A stretch of 25,165 nt of DNA from a virus (Duplodnaviria; Caudoviricetes). Position 1 is the first letter of the stretch. Every line of letters begins with the position of its first letter. A model generated the notes under the pieces. That model had not been told where the DNA came from and searched no databases. It worked only from the letters and a program-made list of their open reading frames with translations. Positions 17,572-25,165 of this stretch are shown piece by piece. The translations under genes and the position numbers were made by a program. The DNA lies in the IMG/VR virus record IMGVR_UViG_3300028275_000054, positions 1 through 25,165 of that record. The stretch is one strand, 5' to 3'.

Positions 17572-19314
17572 ATGCCACTGGCTCCAATTAACATTCCACC
17601 CGGTGTCTTGAAGACGGCAACGCCGCTTCAGGTCAAAGGTCGCTATTGGGATGCAAATTTGATCCGCTGGCGTGCTGGTAAATTGCTTCCTATTGGTGGG
17701 TGGCAGCGTATCAGTGAAACACCGCTTGCAAGCACTGTTCGCACCATTTTTAGCTGGTCCAGCACAATTGGATCATCTCTCACTGTTTTTGGTTGTGATG
17801 ATAAATTGTATTCGCTTGAAGGTGCGACATACGATGACATTACACCTGATGGTTTTGTTGGTGCTGAAGATACGTCAGTTGGTGGCTATGGTGCTTATGA
17901 CTATGGCGAACTGCTGTATGGTGATGACACAGATTTAACTTATCCGCGTCCTGAATCTGCTTCATTTATCCCACCGTTCTCATGGACGTTTGATAACTGG
18001 GGTGGCGAACTTCTTGCTGTTGCATCTAGCGATGGTCGATTGCTTCACTGGCAAGAAGGTGAAGGAAAGATCACTGTAGTTGGTATTGAACCAATTACAT
18101 CTATTGCTCGCGTTTCAAACGTGGCAACAGTAACAACTACATATAATCACGGGTTCACCAATGGTAATACCGTTGTGATTAGTGGAAATTCTGTTTCATC
18201 TTTGAACGGAACATACACAATCACATCTGTTCCAAGTCTCACCACATTTACCTATGCTAACTCTGGTACAAATACGACTGGAACAGGTGGAACTGCGTCA
18301 TATCCAACTGCTGATCTTCCACCGACAAATAACCGTGGTGTTATCGTCACTCAGGAACGCCATGCTGTTTTGATTGGTGCTGGTGGTAATGCTCGTCGTG
18401 TTGCGTGGTCTTCACGCGAAGATTACACAGATTGGGATTTTGCCAGTACAACAAATACGGCTGGCTATCTTGATCTTGATACCGCAAGTAAGATCATCAT
18501 GTGCGCAGCAGTGCGTGAAGGCACGCTGATTTGGACGCAAGACGAAGTATGGCTGATGCAGTATATTGGTCTTCCATATATCTACAGCATCAACCGTATT
18601 GGTTTTGGATGCGGGATCATTGCTCCACGCGCATTTGCTACGACTGCTGGTCGTTGCATTTGGATGGGCAAAGAATCCTTCTGGATTTATGATGGCGGTA
18701 CTGTCAGGCCGCTTCGCTGCGATGTTGGCTCTTATGTTTTTGAGAACATCGACACTGACAGTGGCGCGCTCTATACGCATGGTGCTGAAAACAATGTCTT
18801 TCCTGAAGCATGGTTTTGGTATCCATCAACAGGATCAACAACACCAGATCAGTATGTAGTTTATAACTATGCTGAAGACTGGTGGACTATTGGAACAATG
18901 GACAGAACTGCTGCATTTGGAGCAAGTATCTTTCCTTATCCGATAGCTGCTGACTCTAATAATGATATTTTCTTCCAAGAAAACGGATGGACAGCGGCAG
19001 GTGCTTCACTTGAAGGTCAACGATGGGTTGAGACATCATCCATTAACATTCAAAATGGCAATCTGGTCAGTCATCTTCGTCAGGCTATCACTGATAGTGG
19101 GTATGGCTATGACAGCACTACAATCACTGTCTATTCCAGCTTCACACCAGAAGGTGCTGAAACAACATCTGGTCCTTATACTCCGCGTTCTAGTGGTTAT
19201 ACTGATATGCGGGTTACTGGGCGTGATTTCCGCATGAAGATCACAGCAACACAAGATGCTCCTTGGAGCATTGGTGAAATGCGGATTGAGTTTATGGGGA
19301 GTGGTGGACGATGA
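17572..19314 (+). CDS. Tail hub/nozzle (P22 gp10-like) with inserted beta domain
   Basis: 580 aa beta-propeller-like: WTFDNWGGELL, VAWSSREDYTDW, GFGCGIIAP, EAWFWYPS, VVYNYAE..W; position before ejection genes. Confidence 0.8.
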   Translation: MPLAPINIPPGVLKTATPLQVKGRYWDANLIRWRAGKLLPIGGWQRISETPLASTVRTIFSWSSTIGSSLTVFGCDDKLYSLEGATYDDITPDGFVGAEDTSVGGYGAYDYGELLYGDDTDLTYPRPESASFIPPFSWTFDNWGGELLAVASSDGRLLHWQEGEGKITVVGIEPITSIARVSNVATVTTTYNHGFTNGNTVVISGNSVSSLNGTYTITSVPSLTTFTYANSGTNTTGTGGTASYPTADLPPTNNRGVIVTQERHAVLIGAGGNARRVAWSSREDYTDWDFASTTNTAGYLDLDTASKIIMCAAVREGTLIWTQDEVWLMQYIGLPYIYSINRIGFGCGIIAPRAFATTAGRCIWMGKESFWIYDGGTVRPLRCDVGSYVFENIDTDSGALYTHGAENNVFPEAWFWYPSTGSTTPDQYVVYNYAEDWWTIGTMDRTAAFGASIFPYPIAADSNNDIFFQENGWTAAGASLEGQRWVETSSINIQNGNLVSHLRQAITDSGYGYDSTTITVYSSFTPEGAETTSGPYTPRSSGYTDMRVTGRDFRMKITATQDAPWSIGEMRIEFMGSGGR

Positions 19315-19541
19315 ACATTACATTTCCACCTGTACCAGCGTCCTATGATAATGGTTACTTCAACAGAGCCTTTGCGACTTTTTCTCAGGCAGTAAATCAG
19401 TCTGTGACTAAGTTTGAGGCTGTTGAAAGCATCTTGCTACAAGCATCTGACGGATCAGTCTGGAAGGTAACTGTAAGCAATACAGGTACACTAACTACAA
19501 CGGCGGTTCCACTTGGACAAACAGGCGCACCTCCTTACTAA
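19311..19541 (+). CDS. Small tail protein (P22 gp26 needle position)
   Basis: ATGA overlap; helix followed by LQASDGSVWKVTVSNTGTL beta segment; assignment by synteny only. Confidence 0.55.
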   Translation: MNITFPPVPASYDNGYFNRAFATFSQAVNQSVTKFEAVESILLQASDGSVWKVTVSNTGTLTTTAVPLGQTGAPPY

Positions 19542-19875
19542 AATGGAGAAAGCACTTAGATTGGGTGGCGGTACGCATTCAGTCGGTGACATCTATCTTG
19601 GTTTGCAGTCTGGTAAGTATCAGGGATGGTTCACGGATAACTCTGGTGTGATTACAGAGATATTAGTTGGACCACAGAAGAAATGGCTGAACTGTTTTTT
19701 GGTGTTCGGTGACATGGAAGAGGCGATGAGTATGCACCCGCAGGTCATCGCATTTGCTAAAGAGCATGGTTGCTCTTTTATGACCATGAACGGACGCTGG
19801 GGATGGCAGAAGATTCTGCCGAAATATGGATGGACCAACAGGTCGGTGTCTATGGCACTACCATTGGAGGATTAA
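19513..19875 (+). CDS. GNAT-fold virion assembly protein (P22 gp14/T7 gp13 position)
   Basis: VITEI..IAFAKEHGCSFMTMNGRWGWQKIL..GW; start uncertain (TTG 19513 or ATG 19543). Confidence 0.65.
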   Translation: MDKQAHLLTKMEKALRLGGGTHSVGDIYLGLQSGKYQGWFTDNSGVITEILVGPQKKWLNCFLVFGDMEEAMSMHPQVIAFAKEHGCSFMTMNGRWGWQKILPKYGWTNRSVSMALPLED

Positions 19876-19876
19876 A

Positions 19877-20815
19877 ATGGGCAAAGGTGGCGGCGGTGGT
19901 CAACAACAGGTCGTGAATAAGACAGAACTGCCTGAATGGGTGCAGGAAGCAGGTAAGAAGAACCTTGCTGCTGCCTATCAGGTATCTGAAAACATGATGG
20001 GACCATATACAGGTCAGCGTGTTGCAGATATTAGCAGCGGTCAACTTCAGACCATCGGGGACATTGCATCTAGCTATGGCATGGCACAGCCTGCTTATGC
20101 TTATGCGCAACAAATGGCTGCACAGTCTGGTCAGTACCAGCCGCAGCAAGTGCAGGCAGGTCAGCTTTCAACGACTGATCTTGCTCCATATATGAACCCA
20201 TTTACTCAGTCTGTCCTGCAATCATCTCTGGACACATTGAACCAACAGCGGATGCAAAACCTGAATGCTGCGTCTGATGCAGCTATTCGTGCCCGTGCAT
20301 TTGGTGGATCACGCCAAGGCATTCAGGAAGGTGTTGTAAACGCGGCTGCCCAGCAGCAGGCTGCAAACCTTGCTGCACAGTTGTATTCGCAGAACTTCCA
20401 GCAGGCGCAGCAGGCAGCACAATCTGATATTGCCCGTCAGATGGCTGCACAGCAGCTTAATCAGGCTGCTGGATTGCAGCAGGCTGGCATTGGTCTTCAA
20501 GGTGCACAGGCACTCGGCGGTCTTGCTGGTGCAGGTCAACAGGCTTATCTCACTGGTGCATCATCTGCTCTTGCTGCCCAGTCTGCTTTGCAACAGCAGC
20601 AGCAGGCTGAACTTGATGCAATGCAGCAGGCTTATCGTGAAGCCCAGCAATTCCCATTGCAGCAGTTGCAGATTCCTGTCCAAGCACTCGGTGCTACACC
20701 GTATGGACAGACAAATACGCAGACTGGTCCCGGTCCTTCCAGCAATCCATTGCTGACTGGTTTGGGTGCAGCCGCGTCTGCCGCGTCTCTCATTGGTACG
20801 ATTGCATCACTATGA
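19877..20815 (+). CDS. DNA ejection/internal virion protein (P22 gp7-like)
   Basis: GGAGG SD; MGKGGGGG start, YMNPF, AFGGSRQG, Gln/Ala helical body, hydrophobic Gly/Ala C-terminus. Confidence 0.75.
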   Translation: MGKGGGGGQQQVVNKTELPEWVQEAGKKNLAAAYQVSENMMGPYTGQRVADISSGQLQTIGDIASSYGMAQPAYAYAQQMAAQSGQYQPQQVQAGQLSTTDLAPYMNPFTQSVLQSSLDTLNQQRMQNLNAASDAAIRARAFGGSRQGIQEGVVNAAAQQQAANLAAQLYSQNFQQAQQAAQSDIARQMAAQQLNQAAGLQQAGIGLQGAQALGGLAGAGQQAYLTGASSALAAQSALQQQQQAELDAMQQAYREAQQFPLQQLQIPVQALGATPYGQTNTQTGPGPSSNPLLTGLGAAASAASLIGTIASL

Positions 20816-21501
20816 TCGACACTGCGTTACTGTTTAGTGGTGGCAAAGACAGTCTGGCTTGTTTGTATTTGAACAAAGACAAATGGGATCAGATGTATGT
20901 TGTATGGCTAAACACTGGTGCAGCGTATCCTGAAATGGTCGCGTATATGGCTGAATGGAAGAAAAAGTTGCCACACTTTGTGGAACTTAATTCTAATCAG
21001 CCTGAGAACATACAGAATTTCGGTTGGCCTGTTGATGTGTTGCCAGTCAATAACACAATGGTTGGCAGACATATCAGCGGAGAAACTGGACCATTGATGC
21101 AGCCTTATGTGTCGTGCTGCTCAACTAACATCTGGATACCTTTGCACTATGGGGTGAAGGATTTAGGTGTTACAAAGGTGATCAAAGGTCAGCGTAATTC
21201 TGACGCAAAAAAGTCAACTGCGCGAAATGGTACAAAGGTGGATGGCATTGAGTTTATAATGCCAATCCAAGATTGGACCGAAGAACAGGTTTTCAAGTAT
21301 CTTGATGAAGTCGGCGCTGTGCTGCCACCGGGATACAAAGAAGGTGAAAAAACAGGAAGAGACTGCTGGGACTGCACTGCATATCTTTCTGACAATGAAC
21401 AGCGGATTAAGAATCTGTCTCCGTTCAAAAAAGCAGAGGTGCTGCGTAGGTTAAACATCATCGACGAGGCAGTTGGAAAGCAGTGGGTGAGCTATGGCTG
21501 A
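20812..21501 (+). CDS. PAPS/APS-reductase-family (PP-loop) protein
   Basis: LFSGGKDS, LNTG, SCC, GQRNSD, PIQDWTEEQVFKYL, DCWDC. Confidence 0.85.
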   Translation: MIDTALLFSGGKDSLACLYLNKDKWDQMYVVWLNTGAAYPEMVAYMAEWKKKLPHFVELNSNQPENIQNFGWPVDVLPVNNTMVGRHISGETGPLMQPYVSCCSTNIWIPLHYGVKDLGVTKVIKGQRNSDAKKSTARNGTKVDGIEFIMPIQDWTEEQVFKYLDEVGAVLPPGYKEGEKTGRDCWDCTAYLSDNEQRIKNLSPFKKAEVLRRLNIIDEAVGKQWVSYG

Positions 21502-22957
21502 TGTAAACACTATTGCGGAATACATCTACAGAAGAGCGCCACTCTACGGCATTGATCCAAATCTTGCTGTCGGCATTGCTCGTTATGAAGGTCTAAATCC
21601 AAATACACTTGGAAGCCCCACATTCGGGAACCGTGATGCACGCGGTTATTCGTTTGGTCCGTTCCAACTTTATTCTGGTTCGTCTGATCCGAATAAAATT
21701 GCACCCGGTGGAATGGCCTATGAGTTTCAGCAAAAATATGGACAGGCTCCATCCCGTGAAAACTGGATGCAGCAGGTCGATTTTTCGCTTGAGATGATGA
21801 AAAATAAAGGAACAAGCCCTTGGTATGCTGTGCGTGACCAAGGGGGCGTTGAAGCAATAACCAAAAAAGGTGCAAACTTTGCCAATTCTATTGGCCTGTT
21901 AGGCGGTCAAACTGAAACAGCACAACAGCAGCCAAAGAATGCTTTGATTGCTCTTGGAACAAACGATTATGCCAATCCTCAAGCTGCTGCTGAAGCAACT
22001 ATGAAGGCTATTGAAGCAGCTAAATCAAGAGGCCTAAATCCTATAATTGTCCCACCTAATGCGAATAATGATAAGTTTAGACCTGTAAGTGAAGCAGTTA
22101 GAACTGCTGCAACAGATGCAGGTGCAACTATCGCAACTGGTACATACGAAGCAAAAGACCCATTGCATTTGACACAACAGTCAGTGCGACAACTTATTCA
22201 ACAGTATCCCGGTGCTATTCCTATTGGAGATAGCAATGCTGTTCGTATCGGTATGGGTCTTGGATATAAGCCTGCTGCTGATGGCACGCAGATTTTTACA
22301 CCTCAAGGTCAGTTGCTGGCACAAACTGGCATTGGTTCTTCAACCATTGCTCAAAATATCATGGGTCTTCCGCAGCCCCAGATGCCGCAACAACAACAGC
22401 CACAGCAGCCACAAGCACCTGCAACCCAGATGGCAGATGTAAAAGGCTATCTTGCTCCTGCATCAACTGCTCAACTTGCTCCGGCTGGTACATGGTCACG
22501 ATTTGGGCAGGATGTCCTTGGTGGCATGACAGGCGGTCTGCTTGGTACACCTTGGTCAACTCCTGCTGCCAATGCTGTCCAGCCAACACAAGTTGCCTCA
22601 ATGGCTCCTGTTGCCGCTCCACAGCCAACACAGTTTCCATCTTTGACACCGGGTATGGCTGAAAGTGTGACACTTCCTGCCTCCGTTGGTCAGCCAACAA
22701 TGCCGCAAATGGCTGGTCTTAATGTGGGTGCTGGGTTGCAAATGCCACCTGCTGCTGCAATGCAGCCGACAACACAATCATTGTTCAACCCTACACCATC
22801 TGCTCTATCGACAGCAGGCAGCCTTGCTGGACTTGCCAATGTTGGACTTGGTTTGATGGCAGCAGGTGCAGAAAAGCCGTCATGGCAACCGGGCGCACCC
22901 GCACCCGTGCAACGCGGTCAATGGCGTGATATTATCTTCTCAGGTCTTTTGGGGTGA
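21494..22957 (+). CDS. Internal virion protein: lysozyme/lytic-transglycosylase-like domain + SGNH-like domain + Pro/Gln/Ala tail
   Basis: YGIDPNLAVGIARYEG (E32) and SFGPFQL; then LGTND, DPLH, IGDS motifs; ends SGLLG. Confidence 0.75.
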   Translation: MADVNTIAEYIYRRAPLYGIDPNLAVGIARYEGLNPNTLGSPTFGNRDARGYSFGPFQLYSGSSDPNKIAPGGMAYEFQQKYGQAPSRENWMQQVDFSLEMMKNKGTSPWYAVRDQGGVEAITKKGANFANSIGLLGGQTETAQQQPKNALIALGTNDYANPQAAAEATMKAIEAAKSRGLNPIIVPPNANNDKFRPVSEAVRTAATDAGATIATGTYEAKDPLHLTQQSVRQLIQQYPGAIPIGDSNAVRIGMGLGYKPAADGTQIFTPQGQLLAQTGIGSSTIAQNIMGLPQPQMPQQQQPQQPQAPATQMADVKGYLAPASTAQLAPAGTWSRFGQDVLGGMTGGLLGTPWSTPAANAVQPTQVASMAPVAAPQPTQFPSLTPGMAESVTLPASVGQPTMPQMAGLNVGAGLQMPPAAAMQPTTQSLFNPTPSALSTAGSLAGLANVGLGLMAAGAEKPSWQPGAPAPVQRGQWRDIIFSGLLG

Positions 22958-22961
22958 TGAC

Positions 22962-23324
22962 ATGGCAAGTCTTGAAGAACAGCTTGGTGCACTTTACCTG
23001 CAATCTTTGACAGGTGGACGCGTTGATTCCGCAAATTATGGGATCATGCCAGAACAGCCAATGATCCCTGTTGTGCCAACACCACCTGTTCAGCCAACAC
23101 TGGCTGCTCCTATCATGCAGATTCATCCTGCCATCCAGTCTGCGTTTCAGACTGCTTTGATGAATCAGGCAATGCTTGGAACACAAGCACCACCGTTCAA
23201 CCCTGCTGAAATGCAGGTAACAACAAATCAGCTCCCTACACAGTATGGTCGTTTGAAGTTTGGTGACACAACTGGAACCATCACTCAAACACCTATCAAC
23301 TTTGGCGGTCTTTTGGGCCGATAA
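22962..23324 (+). CDS. Pro/Gln-rich hypothetical protein (probable internal virion protein)
   Basis: GGGGTGA SD, ATG 22962; 120 aa low complexity; ends GGLLGR. Confidence 0.7.
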   Translation: MASLEEQLGALYLQSLTGGRVDSANYGIMPEQPMIPVVPTPPVQPTLAAPIMQIHPAIQSAFQTALMNQAMLGTQAPPFNPAEMQVTTNQLPTQYGRLKFGDTTGTITQTPINFGGLLGR

Positions 23325-23335
23325 GGACAAAGAAC

Positions 23336-25159
23336 ATGGCACTTCTTGAAGACATCACTGGTGGCATCGGCAACTTCTTTGGTGGGTTGCTGGGTGGCGG
23401 TGGTCAGGCACAGACTGATGCGACACAGCAAACTGCTGGTTTGCAGCCGCAGCAGCAGGCAACTGACTTGCTTTCCATGATGTCGCCTGAAGACCAGCGC
23501 CGCATGACATACAGTCTGCTTGGTCAGCTTGGTTCAACGCTGCTTGCAGCTGGTCAAAAGCAGATGCCTGCACAGCGTGCACAGTATCTGTCTCAGTTGG
23601 GTGCTATTCCCGGCAATGTGCAGCGTGAAGCAATGGGTAATCTGCAAACACGTATGCTTCAATCACAGCTTGCTGAACGGATGCAGAACCAGCAATCACT
23701 TGGTCAGATCAATGCGCTGATGAAAGACCCTGCTGCATTCAAGCAGGCTTACGGTTTTGACTTGCCACCGGGTGTGTCTGCCGCACAGGTGCAGAACATC
23801 GTGCAGCAGCGTGCAACATCGCAATATGTGAACCCACTTGCTCGTCAGATTCAAGAAGCACAATATGCCGATATTCTTGCTAACCGTGAGAAGGCAATCA
23901 CGCAGCTTGAAACTCAGAAGCAGCAACTTGCAGCAATCGGTGGTGATACATCTCAGATTGATTCACAGATCAACACACTGCGCCGCATCTATGGTGGTGC
24001 ACCGGGTGCTGCACCTGCACCAGTTGCACCTGCACCAACTCCAATGCTGGTGACACCTGCTCCAACAGTTCAGCCTGCTGCACCTGCTGCTGCTCCTGCT
24101 GTGACACCCGGTGGTGTCGTGCAGCCTGCGCAACCTGCTGCTGCTCCGACATCAGCACAGCCGTCTGCTGCTCCTGTTACACCTCCAGCTGAAACACCTG
24201 CCGCAGAAGTTCCTGCTGCACCACCGTCACTGTTCAATCCACCTGCTGCTCCTGCAACTCCTGCTGCAAAGCAAGGTGCTGCACTGTTTAATCAGTTTAC
24301 TCAAATTCCGCAGGCTGAAGTGCGTCAGCGTTTGCAGGCTGCAATCGGTGCTGGAAAGTTCCAAGAAGAGTATTCAAAGCTACTTAAGGAAGAACGTGAA
24401 CAGCTTGGTGAAGAAGGCAAACGCCGATTCGATCAAGAAGGTAAACTGCGTTCATCTTTTGATGCTGCAACGAAGGACTTTCCGACTTTGCAGAATGCTT
24501 ACAAGTCGATGGAAGAACTTGCTAAGAACCAGACTGGTACATCTGATGTTGCTCTTGTCACATCACTGTACAAAATCTTCGATCCCGGCTCTGTTGTGTC
24601 GGTTAACGAAGCTGGTCAGATTACAAGTGCACAAGGTCAGGTTCCGGGACTTCTTGAGAAGATCACCAATAATCTGATGACAGGTCAGAAGCTGACTGAA
24701 AAGCAGCGTGCTGATGTTATCGAAGCAGCGCGTACACGTTTCCGCGAAAACTATGCAGAATATGAACGCCGCATTGCACAGAATACAACTCTTGCAGAGA
24801 AGTATGGTCTGACACCTGATCGTGTTGTTGTTGATCTTCGTGATGATGATCTGAAGCAACAGATGGATGCGCTGAACCAGCGTGATCGTATTTCCAAGTC
24901 AATCAGCGTTGATCAGATTGGCAATGCTTCACTTGATGATCTGAACTTGCTGAATAAGCGAGTGTTGAATGCTAACCAGATGGCTGCTGTTAAAAAGCGA
25001 CTTGAAGAACTCGGTCAGCCTCCTGCTCCACCTGCTCCATCTGGAACAGGTACATCTCTAATGGGTCCACCAATGCCACCTCCCATGATTAAGCCTCTTG
25101 GTGGAAGCCTAAGCACACTTGGCAACAAACAACTTCTTCCACTTGGCTTCGGTCAATAA
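23336..25159 (+). CDS. Large DNA ejection/internal virion protein
   Basis: AAGGA SD; Gly-rich N-terminus, Gln-rich helices, Pro/Ala linker, SDVALVTSLYKIFDPGSVVSVNE conserved-looking block. Confidence 0.72.
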   Translation: MALLEDITGGIGNFFGGLLGGGGQAQTDATQQTAGLQPQQQATDLLSMMSPEDQRRMTYSLLGQLGSTLLAAGQKQMPAQRAQYLSQLGAIPGNVQREAMGNLQTRMLQSQLAERMQNQQSLGQINALMKDPAAFKQAYGFDLPPGVSAAQVQNIVQQRATSQYVNPLARQIQEAQYADILANREKAITQLETQKQQLAAIGGDTSQIDSQINTLRRIYGGAPGAAPAPVAPAPTPMLVTPAPTVQPAAPAAAPAVTPGGVVQPAQPAAAPTSAQPSAAPVTPPAETPAAEVPAAPPSLFNPPAAPATPAAKQGAALFNQFTQIPQAEVRQRLQAAIGAGKFQEEYSKLLKEEREQLGEEGKRRFDQEGKLRSSFDAATKDFPTLQNAYKSMEELAKNQTGTSDVALVTSLYKIFDPGSVVSVNEAGQITSAQGQVPGLLEKITNNLMTGQKLTEKQRADVIEAARTRFRENYAEYERRIAQNTTLAEKYGLTPDRVVVDLRDDDLKQQMDALNQRDRISKSISVDQIGNASLDDLNLLNKRVLNANQMAAVKKRLEELGQPPAPPAPSGTGTSLMGPPMPPPMIKPLGGSLSTLGNKQLLPLGFGQ

Positions 25160-25165
25160 GGTGAA

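Larger units (their letters stand above)
1..25165 (+). mobile_element. Tailed phage (P22-like podovirus gene order) late/structural region
   Basis: Unidirectional dense gene run terminase-portal-scaffold-capsid-adaptor-fibres-lysis-hub-ejection proteins; no tape-measure, sheath or tube genes; no host genes or integrase seen. Confidence 0.93.

Noticed and set aside
20812-21501. Auxiliary metabolic cysH for sulfate assimilation, or a full Dnd phosphorothioation system
   Set aside because: Lacks the ECGLH catalytic tail, and there are no other cys or dnd genes in the window
3872-22961. Longest-ORF starts in the track (3872, 8428, 10291, 16935, 19826, 22866)
   Set aside because: Most overlap upstream genes substantially; downstream ATGs (3905, 8440, 10339, 17019, 19877, 22962) have SD motifs or stop-start coupling
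23995-24275. GCACCT/GCTCCT-rich quasi-repeats
   Set aside because: Explained by a Pro/Ala low-complexity linker in the ejection protein; no fixed-period DNA element

Overview
The whole window is the late (morphogenesis) region of a tailed dsDNA phage with a P22-like podovirus gene order. All genes are on the + strand and tightly coupled by ATGA/TGATG/TAATG overlaps. The order is: terminase large subunit C-terminus; tRNA-Thr(UGU); an accessory block (GNAT protein with a pre-toxin-like N-terminus, three small Lys-rich proteins, a head-spike-base-like protein, a Cys-rich protein, a GT-A glycosyltransferase, a SAM methyltransferase); portal, scaffold and major capsid protein with a terminator; adaptor; an array of fibre/adhesin modules each followed by a tiny chaperone-like ORF; a 20-aa-repeat protein; a Gly-rich fibre; a lysis cassette with a GH108 endolysin; tail hub; and an ejection-protein cluster. 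Four observations stand out: (1) a recurring GLLG motif shared by the ejection proteins and the GNAT effector, possibly a virion-loading signal; (2) an ejection protein fusing a lysozyme-like domain to an apparently circularly permuted SGNH esterase; (3) a PAPS/APS-reductase-like PP-loop protein that keeps the Fe-S cysteines but lacks the reductase ECGLH tail, inserted between ejection genes; (4) four small ORFs missing from the supplied track. Family assignments come from motif recognition and synteny only; no database searches were run.
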